DNA from: an uncultured delta proteobacterium | GTDB lineage: Bacteria; Desulfobacterota; Desulfomonilia; Desulfomonilales; Desulfomonilaceae | Length of the DNA stretch: 64,000 bases | Reading direction: 5' to 3' | NCBI GenBank assembly: GCA_963789265.1 | Contig: CAWBKB010000001.1 | Coordinates: 576,001 to 640,000 of the forward strand | Made by a program: the position numbers and the translations under genes | The notes under the pieces: generated by a model | Database searches by the model: none | Told to the model about the DNA's origin: nothing | The model's input: only the letters and a program-made list of their open reading frames with translations | In this document: positions 30,089-40,567 of the stretch, piece by piece | How positions within the stretch are numbered: the stretch's first letter is position 1 | How the letters are laid out: each line of letters opens with the position of its first letter

Positions 30089-30692
30089 ATGCGAGATCAC
30101 AAGACCATGACCAAAGAATCGACCAAAGACAGAATACTCGCCCACGCGGCTCAGTTAATCCGAAAGAAAGGATTCAACAATACCGGCATTCAGGAGATTC
30201 TTCAAAGTGCCGGTGTGCCCAAGGGATCATTCTATTTCTACTTCAAAAGTAAAGGCGACCTGGGTTCTGGCTTTGATCGATTATCATGCCAAGGCTCTGG
30301 CCGAGAGGAACGCATCGATTTTCCAGAGCATGGAGACCCCGCCGCTGGGAAGGCTTGAAAAATTCTTTGAGGCAGGTCGCGCTCTGTGTGATCGGGAAGA
30401 GGGAAGGGCTGGGTGTCCCATCGGGAACTTGACACAGGAAATGGGCATTCTAAGCGATGCGTTTCAGACAAGGCTCAAGAGGGTGTTTAGCGGCATGAAG
30501 GGAGTGATCAGGCAATGCCTGGAGGAAGCACAGACCCGAAATGAGATCGACTCAGGGCTCGACGCGGATGAAACCGCGGATTTCATCCTGAATAGCTGGC
30601 AGGGCGCCCTGCTCCGAATGAAGGCCGAAGGGAACACCCAGCCGCTTCTTCTTTTTGAGAAGATGGTGTTCGGATGTGTTCTGAAGCGGTAA
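30089..30692 (+). CDS. TetR/AcrR (NemR-like) regulator (frameshift near 30265)
   Basis: KGFNNTGIQEIL..AGVPKGSFYFYFKSK; GCPIGNL..E and WQGALLRMK in the next frame. Confidence 0.88.
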
Positions 30693-30712
30693 TTTTTTTT
30701 ACCGGAATAAAA

Positions 30713-30724
30713 TAGACCGGTCTA
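30713..30724. promoter_or_regulatory. Palindromic operator TAGACCGGTCTA
   Basis: Perfect 12-bp palindrome just after tetR, matching the site in the tetR promoter. Confidence 0.7.
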
Positions 30725-30995
30725 CTAACCTAACCGTCCCAAATAAGTTCAGGTTTTCGTAAATACGGTCGCGGATCTTCACAGTGGAGATTGCTTTCCC
30801 GCCGGGCGCGGGATTTCACTCCTCGCAACGACATTTCCACTACCTGTCATTGCGAGCGTAGCGAAGCAATCTTCTTCCGTATCGGGTCTTAACGTCACCG
30901 TACTTGTGAAACTGTGAACTAAGTCTTTCTCCGCAGGGTCCCTGCGGACCGAAGCCGCGCTGGCGCGGCAACCATAACAATCTGGAGGCATCATT

Positions 30996-31523
30996 ATGGC
31001 ACTCATTCAGACAACCCCACCGGAAAAGGCTGAAGGACAGCTCGCGGAACTCTATGCAGAAGTGGAACAAATGTTCGGGATGGTTCCCAATAATGTACGG
31101 CTGCTCGGAGTCAGCCCCGCTCTCCTGGAGAATCAACTCCAGCTCATTGGACACTATGTAGGACATCCCACGTTAACCCCTCCATTTCTGCCCCTGGTCC
31201 GCATGTTGGTTTCCAAGGCGTGCCATTCCCCATATTGCCAGAATCTGAACACAGGTCTCCTGCTTAAGGCGGGTTTGACCAAAGAACAGATTGCGGCTAT
31301 ACAGGCAGATCCCACGCAAGCTCCGCTGGACGAAAAACAAATGGCTCTCCTGCTGTTAGTTTTGAAGGCTTGCGACAATCCTCATTCCGTGACTGCTCAG
31401 GATGTGGACCACCTTCGGTCTCTGGGGTGGAGCGATGCGGACATCGTAGACGCTGTGGCCCATGGTGCGAGAATGGTGGGGACCAATATCATTTTCGACA
31501 CCTTCAAGATCGACAAAGACTAA
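30996..31523 (+). CDS. AhpD / carboxymuconolactone decarboxylase-like protein
   Basis: PPEKAEG, FGMVPN, SPYC, LRSLGWSDADI. Confidence 0.78.
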   Translation: MALIQTTPPEKAEGQLAELYAEVEQMFGMVPNNVRLLGVSPALLENQLQLIGHYVGHPTLTPPFLPLVRMLVSKACHSPYCQNLNTGLLLKAGLTKEQIAAIQADPTQAPLDEKQMALLLLVLKACDNPHSVTAQDVDHLRSLGWSDADIVDAVAHGARMVGTNIIFDTFKIDKD

Positions 31524-31599
31524 TTGTGGCAGAGGGAACGTGCGGCAGCGCTTCCGCGGAAACTGCTCAATGTGTTTGCTTTACGAAAGGAATGCTTCC

Positions 31600-32680
31600 A
31601 TGACGGATGTTTACAAGAGATTGGCGAAAAAGCTGGATGAGTTGCCCAACGGTTTTCCTCCCACCGACAGTAGTGTGGAACTCAAAATCCTTCAGAAGAT
31701 ATTCACCCCGGAAGACGCGGAAATGGCTCTGAAAATTAGGCCCATCCCGGAAACCGCGGCTCAAATCGGGGAACGCTTGGGCAAACCCGCGGCCGAAATG
31801 GATACCATTCTGGACCACATGGTGAAGAAAGGGCAGATTGGGTCCACCAGAATGAACGATCAACAGGTTTACCTTTTCTTTCCTTTTGTTTTCGGGATTT
31901 GGGAGTTTCAGCAACGCAGATTGGACAAAGAACTGGCCGAGTTGATGGAAGAGGTACGCTGCCCTCACTTATGAGTACCCTCGGACATTACGCGCCGGCT
32001 ATAATGAGAGTTGTTCCGATTAATATCGAGATCGACGCGGATCACCAGGTGCGGCCGTACGAAGACCTCCGGCGCACTCTCGAGGCGGCCAAGTCGTTTC
32101 AACTGATGGACTGTATTTGCAAGAAGGAGAGGGGGCTTATAGGCGAGCCGTGCAAGCATCCGATGGAGGTATGCATGGCCTTTTCCAATTCCGATGGCGC
32201 GTTCGACAAATATCCGTTGGGCAGAGCCATATCCAGAGAAGAAGCCCTGCAAGTAGTAAAGAAATGCGACGAAGATGGGCTCGTCCACATGACGTACAAT
32301 GTGCAGAACAACCAGATGTTTGTCTGCAACTGCTGCTCTTGCTGCTGCGGCGTGATCAGAGGAATGATGCATTATAACGCGCCGAACATTATGGCAAAGA
32401 GCAACTATCACGCCGAGATAAACCAGGAAACGTGTGCCTCATGCGGAGTATGCGCGGATGAAAGATGTCCTGTAAAGGCGATTGCCGAAAAAGACGGCGG
32501 ATATGAGGTCCAGCAGGATCGTTGCATAGGGTGCGGGGTTTGTGTCCCAACCTGCGCCACGGACTCAATCACTTTGGTGCGCAAGCCGGACGCTGCCCAT
32601 GAGACCCCTCCCGATCACATCATGGATTGGTACTTCAAGCGCGGTGCGAGAGCAGGGGAACAAAGATTGTCGTGGATTAG
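31600..32680 (+). CDS. Winged-helix plus 4Fe-4S dicluster protein (frameshifts near 31955 and probably 32650)
   Basis: YKRLAKKLDELPNGFP, CICK, VCNCCSCCC, two CxxCxxC..CP-like motifs; end coordinate uncertain (32680 or 32789). Confidence 0.78.
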
Positions 32681-32777
32681 GACGATTCTCGTGCCGATTC
32701 GCAACCGAACGGGAGATAGTCAACTGGATCCAGGACGGATCTGTCAAAGCGCAGAACCGTGGCACCCAGCGCATGCG

Positions 32778-32943
32778 CATAGGCGCTAACTTAAGGCAAT
32801 CTTGTTACTTTTGAATAGCCATCTGCCATCAAAGTCCCCCTTTTCTAAAGGGGGATTTAGGGGGATTTTCAAAGAGTTAGACTAAAATCCCCCCTAACCC
32901 CCCTTTACGAAAGGGGGGGGAAATCGTTAAGTTAGCGCCTATG
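32778..32943. mobile_element. MITE, CATAGGCG(C/T)TAA class
   Basis: 17-bp TIR CATAGGCGCTAACTTAA; flanks AGCGCATGCG / AGCACATGCG. Confidence 0.82.
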
Positions 32944-32961
32944 AGCACATGCGGGAATCGG

Positions 32962-33020
32962 GTAGGGCGGCCCGTGGCCGCCGTCCCGCGCCTCGCGGGA
33001 TCGGGCACGGCCCGACCTAC
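32962..33020. repeat. GTAG-type REP unit
   Basis: gtagggcggcccgtggccgcc...ggcccgacctac; near-identical copy at 45752-45810. Confidence 0.75.
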
Positions 33021-33067
33021 TCCCGGGCCAAATCGGGGTGACGGCTCGTGAGTAAGGCGTCAAACAA

Positions 33068-34580
33068 TCAGCCCCTTTCTGACAAACGCAAGCCTTTTGG
33101 AACAAACAACCGTTCCGAAAATTCGAAAACCCCTTGCACCAGAAGTGCGAGCAGCGCGGCCGGAACGGCTCCCTGCATGATCAGACCGATATCATCAAGT
33201 CTGATGCCGGTAAGAATAGGCTGGCCGTAACCGCCGGCACCGATCAGAGCGCCCAGAGTTGCAGTTCCGACATTGATTACCGCGGATGTCTTGATCCCGG
33301 CCAGAATCGCTCTAGATGCCATCGGCAGCTCGACCAGCCACAACCTTGCCATCGGAGGAAGGCCAATCGCCTCGGCGCTTTCTCTAATACCCGAGGGAAT
33401 ATCGTGGATTCCGATATAAGTGTTACGTATGATCGGCAAAAGGCTGTACAGAAAAAGCGCGGCCAACGCGGGGGGACCGCCGATCCCCAGCAGGGGAATC
33501 ATGAAAACGAGAAGAGCCAGAGAGGGAATGGTTTGGATAAGTCCCGCCAGGCTCAGAATAATCTGTCCTATTCTGGGCCGTTTCGCCGCGACAATACCCA
33601 GAGGCACTGAGATAATGATCGCAGCAATCAACGATATTCCCACTAGATAGAGATGCTCCCGTGTGTTTCGCCAAAGTCTGTTAACCGCGCTATGGTTTCG
33701 AACCTTAGCGTTTATGGAGAGTTTCTTTGCCAGGAAGTCAGCCGCAATCGTGTCCTCGGGTACTTTGTCGATCTTGGCTCGAGCGTTCATCTCGATCATT
33801 GCGGTCTCTGTAATTTGTCCTTCAAGTTTGGCAAGCTCGTCCACCACCCGCGGAGCACGCTTGGTCAAATCTTTTCCGTAAAGTATTACCGCGTTATAAA
33901 GCGGAAAGTAGTGGAGGTCGTCTCTCAACACGCAGAGATTGTAATATCCGATTTCAGCATCGGTGGAGTAGAGGTCTGTGGCCTGAATCGAACCGCTCTC
34001 CAGCCCGCGGTAAGCAAGATCATGGTCCATCCCGTAAACATGTTTCTGGGGTAGCCCATAGCGTTTCGAGGCCCGGCCAGCCGTCGGACCGATCCATGAA
34101 CTCATTGCTGAAGCCAAACCTGATTTCGGGGTGGTTGCGCAGGTCTGAAATCTTGGTGATGTGCTGTTTTTTGCACGTTCCTTGCTCCATGCCGATGGCA
34201 TAGTTGTCGCTGAATCCCAGCGAACGTGTCATCATAATTCCGTGTTCGCCCAAAGCCTTTCTTAATGCATCTTCGTCGTTTATGCTTTTATCAGCCAGTA
34301 TTTCCTGGATAATCGTGCCGGTATACTCTGGATAAATATCTATTTCACCTTTCAGCAGAGCATCCCACAGCACTCTCGTTCCACCCAGTTCCAGCCTCTC
34401 CACAGACTGCGCACCAGCGTGGCGGACGAGGATCGACACCATGTCGCCCAAGATCACGGACTCGGTGAACTTCTTGGAGCCTACCGTCACCTCGGGTGTT
34501 GTTCCGTCAACCGGCAAGGCGTTAGATAGAAATATAGCGATCGACAGCGCCGACAGGAAAATAATGCCTGATGTTTTCAC
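33068..34580 (-). CDS. Glycine betaine / osmoprotectant ABC binding protein-permease fusion (frameshift near 34068)
   Basis: VGSKKFTES, YPEYTGT, YSTD, QTIPSLAL, IGAGGYG; GTG start overlaps the upstream TGA. Confidence 0.88.
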
Positions 34581-35329
34581 TGGGTGATCTGATCCAGCGC
34601 ACCATGCGAATTGCGCTGTGCGTTGACGAAACGAGTTACAAACGGATCGCAAGGCGAACTGATAAGGTCGTCGAGCGCACCTCTCTGCACGATCCCGCCG
34701 TCCTTCATAAGGACTATAATGTCCCCAAAATAAGCAGCTTCTGCCATGTCGTGGGTAACCAAAACCACGGTTTTCTTTAATGCCTGAAAAACTTTCTTCA
34801 AGTGGATCTGCAAGTCTGCACGTATCATCGGGTCGAGCGCGCCAAGAGGTTCGTCCATTAGCAGCACGTCGGGATCGAACATCAGTGCCCGCATGAGGCT
34901 GACTCTTTGTCGTTGTCCACCAGAAAGTTGCACGGGAAAGCGGTCAAGTCCGTCATGAGGGAATTGTGCCAGATCGGAGAGTTCATCGATCTTTTTCCCG
35001 ATTCTGTCTTTGCTCCAGCCGACATAACGGGCCATGAGAGTTACGTTATCGCGTGCCGTAAGGTGAGGAAAGAGTCCGCCTTCTTGGATGACGTATCCCA
35101 TTTCTCTACGAAGGGAGAGGACAGCCTCCGGTAAAACCTGAGTTTCCTTAAAATACACCGAGCCGGAATCCGGATATGTGAGGCCGATGATCAATCGAAG
35201 CAATGTTGATTTTCCGCAACCGCTCGGGCCAATTAGAGATGTTGTAATACCTTGCTGGAACGTCAGATTGATTGCCCTGAGAGCACTTACATGGCCATAA
35301 GTCTTGGTGACGTTTTTCAGATGAATCAT
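34577..35329 (-). CDS. Osmoprotectant ABC ATPase
   Basis: GPSGCGKST, GYVIQEGGLFPH, LSGGQRQRV, DEPLGALDP. Confidence 0.92.
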   Translation of the reverse strand: MIHLKNVTKTYGHVSALRAINLTFQQGITTSLIGPSGCGKSTLLRLIIGLTYPDSGSVYFKETQVLPEAVLSLRREMGYVIQEGGLFPHLTARDNVTLMARYVGWSKDRIGKKIDELSDLAQFPHDGLDRFPVQLSGGQRQRVSLMRALMFDPDVLLMDEPLGALDPMIRADLQIHLKKVFQALKKTVVLVTHDMAEAAYFGDIIVLMKDGGIVQRGALDDLISSPCDPFVTRFVNAQRNSHGALDQITQ

Positions 35330-35674
35330 GAGCTAAGGACCAATACCGATTCGCTTTCAAGCAAGTGATACTGTGTTTCTGGTGGGACAGTCACGCCCGG
35401 GCGTGATTGCCTGTCGTCGTGCCCGCGTACGCGGCTGTAGGGGCGAATGGCATTCGCCCTGGGCGACCGCCGGTCGCCCCTACCATCCCGGGATCGGAGT
35501 CCGGGGTGATCCCGCGGAACGTGGGATGCCCACTATATCCTGTCTAGGATTGTCACCTCTTTGACAGCGCAACAGTATAAAAGAAGATGCAATTGATGTG
35601 CTCTCAATCTCACTCTCCTCGGCGACGACGTGTTTGCACCGATTCGGAGATGCCGCGAAATTCGTGTTTCTGTC

Positions 35675-36628
35675 TTATCGCAAAGGTCCTAGCGGCCGCT
35701 CCAGGGAAGCCCGATCCCATTTTCCCAGGTTTGCCGCGGCTTCATACGTGCTCTGGAGGAAAGCCAGGAGCATTTCATCCGGCTGCTCGGATCCACGCAC
35801 CACCTCATACGGGAGAATGAATTCGCTCATCTCGGTGCTGTAATACGCCTCTTTCGTACGGATAGGCGCTTCTTTGAAGCCCATCGGCTCTGGGTACGCA
35901 TAAGCATAAAAGGCAGGTTCGGGAATTGCCCCGCCTCCCGGCCAGAACCCACAACTGCTTACTTCATGCGAATAGGCTTCTCGCACCACGAAGTCTGCAA
36001 TAGCGGGCACGCCGCCAGGATGCTCGGGCGCACGCCTCCCGGAAAAACGGGTGACGGCCATATCGAATGCCCCCCAAAAGAAGTGCACAGGACTGCACTT
36101 CCCGACGAAGCCCGACCGAAAGTGTTTCAGAATCCGATCGGTCTGCGCCATGATCCGCCAGCACCGCGCGGCGTATTCGGCATCGTAGGAAGCATGCTGA
36201 TCGTCTTCCTCGAAAGGAATACGTTCCGGCACTTCAACCGGCGTGGTCCAAATATTCACATCAATATCGAGAGAGTGCAGGACGGCCATCAGCTCCCGAT
36301 AAAAATCAGCCACCGATCGCCCGCCCAGAGGCAATGTCCGGACGGCACCATCACTTGTTTGTACAACCAATTGATGGTCGATGAAATCGAAGTCGATCTC
36401 GAAAGTGCGTTGTTGGTAAGGAATGGCTGACGTGGTGAGTCCGCGAGCAGTCACATATAGAGTCACCTGCCACCAGTGATTGATGTGCGGGCTCAGCATG
36501 AGTCGGATCTTCCCGACGATCTGAGTCAACATGTGGAGCGTAGTGCAGGTGTCCTTCCAATCATTTAACGGCAGGCTCGGCCAGGCATCGTAATGCAACA
36601 CACCATAATTCGTTTCGCTGTTCGTCAT
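35675..36628 (-). CDS. DUF5996 family protein
   Basis: TQIVGKIR, NHWW, SPVHFFWG.FD, EAYSHE, GFWPG. Confidence 0.85.
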   Translation of the reverse strand: MTNSETNYGVLHYDAWPSLPLNDWKDTCTTLHMLTQIVGKIRLMLSPHINHWWQVTLYVTARGLTTSAIPYQQRTFEIDFDFIDHQLVVQTSDGAVRTLPLGGRSVADFYRELMAVLHSLDIDVNIWTTPVEVPERIPFEEDDQHASYDAEYAARCWRIMAQTDRILKHFRSGFVGKCSPVHFFWGAFDMAVTRFSGRRAPEHPGGVPAIADFVVREAYSHEVSSCGFWPGGGAIPEPAFYAYAYPEPMGFKEAPIRTKEAYYSTEMSEFILPYEVVRGSEQPDEMLLAFLQSTYEAAANLGKWDRASLERPLGPLR

Positions 36629-36747
36629 TTAAGTCCCCCTGGTGCTGTGCCCCAAAAGGGCAGTTCAATTTTACCGAATACGTTGCCAGTTTCTATTTAT
36701 GAGTACACAAATTTTAGGATTCACGCCAGGGGAAAAAAAGAATTCGA

Positions 36748-36947
36748 GTAATCATTCAATTGCGAGCGGTGAAGGACTGTCATTGCGAGCGAAGCGAAGC
36801 AATCTCTTCCTTTAAACCCCACTCAGATTGCCAGTGGGACGGGCATCCTGCCCGTCGTCCACAATAGACGGGCAGGATGCCCGTCCCACTATTCACTCCT
36901 CGCAATGACAAGGGGGAGACAATTCCCCCGCGTAAGTGAACCATTAC
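36748..36947. mobile_element. MITE, GTAACCATTCAC class
   Basis: Perfect 8-bp duplication GAATTCGA; interior closely similar to 23366-23564. Confidence 0.85.
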
Positions 36948-37067
36948 GAATTCGATGTTTCATTACCGGCAAAAATACCGGAATGCTTGCAGTGACTCTT
37001 GAAAGTAGTTACCGAAATGGAAGATGATTTGGTGGTGGCGGGCATCTTGCAGTGGAGATGGGCATCC

Positions 37068-37279
37068 AAAACTATCTCAAAACCCCCTGAACAGGACGAA
37101 ATCGTAACACGGAATCCCCTCACCCTGACCCTCTCCCAAAGGGCGAGGGGACTCCAATAGCCTCCTTGGTGCCGCTCCCTCTCCTTCTGGGAGAGGGAGC
37201 GGGGTGAGGGCAACAACTATACGAATGAGACCTAATCGTGGCACGATGTTGGGCATCAAGATAGTTTTGAGACAGTTTC
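37068..37279. mobile_element. MITE with IS1182-type ends
   Basis: Right end TTTTGAGACAGTTTC identical to the IS end at 23222-23236; ATCC duplication. Confidence 0.85.
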
Positions 37280-37379
37280 ATCCTGCCCGTCCACCGGTGA
37301 CAACCTGTCCCACCGCACTGTGACATTGTGGTGAGCTTCTAGTGGGGACCGCGATTGCGATCCCCTGCGCCCTGAAGCT

Positions 37380-38261
37380 TTACTTCATAGTCTCTTTGGC
37401 CGCGGTCAAGGTGTTTTTCATCAGCATGGCAATAGTCATGGGGCCAACACCGCCGGGGACCGGCGTAATGGCAGCGGCTTTTTCCTTCACCTCGTCAAAA
37501 GCCACGTCGCCGACCAGCTTCCAGCCTCTTTCAGTTCCGGGAGCTTCCACGCGGTTGATTCCAACATCTATTACCACCGCTCCCTCTTTCACCATATCGC
37601 CTTTGCAGAACTCGGGTACTCCGATGGCCGCTATGACGATGTCCGCAGCCCTGCAGCGCTCTTTGAGGTTTTTCGTCCTGGTGTGGCACATGGTTACCGT
37701 GGCGTTCCTATCGCGCTGATCGAGCATGTTGGACAGCGGTCGGCCTACGATGTTACTACGACCCAGGATGACTACGTCTGCGCCCTCGGTTTTGAAACCG
37801 CCCCGGTCGATAAGCTCGAGCACGCCGGCAGGTGTGCACGGCAGAAAACGCACCTCGCCGATGCTGATCAAGCCGACATTGTAGGGGTGGAAGCAATCCA
37901 CATCCTTTTCCGGCAGGATAGAACGCAGAATTTTTGTTTCCTCGAACCCTCTGCCCTTGGGAAGGGGCAGTTGACAGAGTATCCCGTGTACGGATTTGTC
38001 TTTGTTGTACCCATCAACTACGTCCAGAAGTTGCTCCATAGTAGCTTCCGCAGGGAGTCTGGATTCAAGGGATATAATCCCGATATACTCACAGGCTTTC
38101 TTCTTGTTGGCGACGTACACCTTAGAGGCCGGGTCCTCGCCCACGAGAATAACCGCCAGACACGGTTGCAGCCCCTGGGCCTTCAGTTTGACGACCTCTT
38201 CTTTCATCTCGTCTTTGAGTTGTTGTGACACTTCGTTTCCGCTGATAATTTTGGCCGACAT
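37380..38261 (-). CDS. folD: Methylene-THF dehydrogenase / cyclohydrolase
   Basis: QLPLP, KDVD, PCTP, GRSNIVG, DVGIN, TPVPGGVGPMT. Confidence 0.96.
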   Translation of the reverse strand: MSAKIISGNEVSQQLKDEMKEEVVKLKAQGLQPCLAVILVGEDPASKVYVANKKKACEYIGIISLESRLPAEATMEQLLDVVDGYNKDKSVHGILCQLPLPKGRGFEETKILRSILPEKDVDCFHPYNVGLISIGEVRFLPCTPAGVLELIDRGGFKTEGADVVILGRSNIVGRPLSNMLDQRDRNATVTMCHTRTKNLKERCRAADIVIAAIGVPEFCKGDMVKEGAVVIDVGINRVEAPGTERGWKLVGDVAFDEVKEKAAAITPVPGGVGPMTIAMLMKNTLTAAKETMK

Positions 38262-38328
38262 GCAGTCCTCCTCCTTTATACTCACGACTTAAATCAGTCC
38301 GCTCGCTTTTGGCCTGATTAGGTATACA

Positions 38329-38531
38329 ATAATAGTTAACCGCGGAGAACACAGAAACCGCCGAGAATTCTGTTTCGCTACGGGTCTATCCGCTGGAGCA
38401 CTGCAAGTCTTGGCCTGCGTCAGCGACAATTTCGGCCTGACTGTAAGCATGGGTGACTCAAGCGACGTTCTCTGCGAACTCTGCGGGGATCCCGCGCGGA
38501 ACGCGGGATTGATTGCCGGGTGAACGGTTAC
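38329..38531. mobile_element. MITE, GTAACC(A/G)TTCAC class, different interior
   Basis: Right end GTGAACGGTTAC, degenerate left end, perfect GGTATACA duplication. Confidence 0.7.
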
Positions 38532-38632
38532 GGTATACACGATACTACAAAGCGGGTGCCCCGTCTCGCTCATCTCAAGCCGCAGCAGCCAATCTACTTC
38601 AAGCATTCTACCTGAGATCTCGCAAAATGGCT

Positions 38633-39400
38633 TTATTTAGTCTCAGGTTCCAGTGCCGCGGCAATTTTTTCAACGGCCTGCAAGATTTCAGGAGCGTCCA
38701 GGGAAGGGGGGCGGCTCTCCAGGTCCGCTGTGGCTATTTCCTCCGAGAAGGGAAGAATTCCTATCAGCGGGATGCCATCCAAATTGCTGTGCAGAAATTC
38801 TTCCTGCTGAGCATTTCGAACTTTGCTCCCCACCGCTGCCACGTTGTAAAGGCCGATGTCCTGTGTCAGCTCCCGCACCTTGGCTGCAGTTTCGATGCTT
38901 CTGCGACCTGGCTCGACGACTATCACGAGTCTGTCCACCCCTTGGGCTGTGCCTCGACCAAGGTGCTCGATCCCCGCTTCCATGTCCATTATCACTCGAT
39001 CCTTCCGGTACAGAACCAGGTGGTTTACCAGGGCCTTGAGAAGGACGCTTTCCGGGCAGATGCAGCCGCCTCCGCCTTTCTTGACGGTACCCATGACCAA
39101 CAGACGAACCCCGTCTTTTTCCCGGCCCAGTGATTCGGGGAGATCCTCGACGTGAGGGTTCATCTTGAAGAAGCCACCCACCGTTCCCGGCTGGACTCCT
39201 GTTCGCTCGTGGATAAGCTTTTCCATTTTGGCCACAGGAACCAGGTCTGTGGTGTCTATGCCAAGAGCCGAGCCCAGGTTAGCGTCCGGGTCTGCATCGA
39301 CGGCCAACACTCTGTAGCCCTCGCGAGCCCAGTACCGAGCCAACAGACTGCTCAGCGTTGTCTTGCCTACCCCTCCTTTTCCGGATATCGCTATTTTCAT
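38633..39400 (-). CDS. cooC: CO dehydrogenase / acetyl-CoA synthase nickel-insertion ATPase
   Basis: GKGGVGKT, DADPDANL, GGGCICP, DMEAGIEHLGRG. Confidence 0.9.
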   Translation of the reverse strand: MKIAISGKGGVGKTTLSSLLARYWAREGYRVLAVDADPDANLGSALGIDTTDLVPVAKMEKLIHERTGVQPGTVGGFFKMNPHVEDLPESLGREKDGVRLLVMGTVKKGGGGCICPESVLLKALVNHLVLYRKDRVIMDMEAGIEHLGRGTAQGVDRLVIVVEPGRRSIETAAKVRELTQDIGLYNVAAVGSKVRNAQQEEFLHSNLDGIPLIGILPFSEEIATADLESRPPSLDAPEILQAVEKIAAALEPETK

Positions 39401-39474
39401 GATAATCCTCTTACCGCGCTAAATTAGGCAAATCGCCACTTTTAACATGCGCACTGCTAAGTCATGAAGGAAGC

Positions 39475-40119
39475 TCACCCGCGAGCAGCTTTCAACAATT
39501 CCAAGACGGCCATTTGTCCTGCAACGGCCATGTCTTCCGCACTAAAGAATTGGTCCGCTGTCTCGTCGAACAATACAGTGGCCTCGGGAGGAAATTCCTC
39601 ATCCCCTTTCCAGACAATGCAACTGACCGGAAGACATGGGAAATAAGGCAGTTCTACCGCTGCGTCTCCGGTCTGAACGATCTTTCCGTTCAGTTTTTCG
39701 GCCGCAGCGATCATGGGAGCAGGGTCCTTTCCGAACACCTGGATAAGAATTTCTTTCGTCCTGCGGTTGAAAGCAGGCTCGTAAAAGTGACCGTCCCTGA
39801 ACTCTCGGAAATGTTTGAGCCGTGCTGTTGGCTGTCGGCCGTCGGCATTGTTCAGATAATGAAGGGTTAGGATGGCCAGCCATATCGGGGCATCTTCATC
39901 GGTCTCTTTGATTGAAAATCGGTGCGTATCCACATTCAAGAGGATCTTTCTATCCAAGTGCGGAACAATCACAGTTCGATCTTCGAAAAGGGCTCCGGCT
40001 TTTTGTGCGATTCTGCCGGGGTCCTTCCGGCTGAAAATCTCTAGGCCGATTTTTAGGGCTTGCTCGTAATTGTCCTGTTTAGGAAGCTCAGGATGGGACA
40101 AATCTTTTATGTTCAACAT
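39475..40119 (-). CDS. DUF3786 family protein
   Basis: ILTLHYL, FREF.DG.FY..AF, GDAA, W.GDEEFP....LFD. Confidence 0.82.
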   Translation of the reverse strand: MLNIKDLSHPELPKQDNYEQALKIGLEIFSRKDPGRIAQKAGALFEDRTVIVPHLDRKILLNVDTHRFSIKETDEDAPIWLAILTLHYLNNADGRQPTARLKHFREFRDGHFYEPAFNRRTKEILIQVFGKDPAPMIAAAEKLNGKIVQTGDAAVELPYFPCLPVSCIVWKGDEEFPPEATVLFDETADQFFSAEDMAVAGQMAVLELLKAARG

Positions 40120-40313
40120 GAACTGATATCCAGACTGGAAGGGCTTAAAGCCACAGCGGTTGCCAAAAAAAATGTCCGCTCGTCCGACGCTTAGAATGCT
40201 GAACATGCTTCGCTGTGGACGTTTAGCCGTCATTCTCGCGTACGCGGGAATCCACTGTAGGGGCACCCCTCGTGGGTGCCCACAAGAGGGCAGACACAAT
40301 CCCGCGTCACGCG

Positions 40314-40493
40314 CATTCACGTTAAGTTAAGTGCGCCGCGTAATAAAAACTGCTGTTCAACATGTAGGATGTGCTGAACCCTGCCAAAGCAGGGGAAGCG
40401 CATCGGCCGCTTCAGCGCTCCGTCTTACACAATCGATGCGCTTCGCTTCGCTCAGCACATCCTACAAAATTGCTGCTTAACTTAACGCCTATG
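40314..40493. mobile_element. MITE, CATAGGCGTTAA class
   Basis: Ends cattcacgttaagttaag / cttaacttaacgcctatg; 11-bp duplication CGCGTCACGCG; carries a GTAGGATGTGCTGA REP pair. Confidence 0.82.
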
Positions 40494-40567
40494 CGCGTCA
40501 CGCGGGACTGCCCCTACATATCCTGTCTAGGATTATCACTCGCTTGACGGTCCACCAGTATAAGCCC

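Noticed and set aside
38262..38632. THF or ZTP riboswitch upstream of folD
   Set aside because: The space is mostly a MITE with an 8-bp duplication; no consensus aptamer motifs seen.
40120..40320. N-terminal extension of the DUF3786 ORF
   Set aside because: Translated REP sequence; the family-like region starts at ATG 40119.
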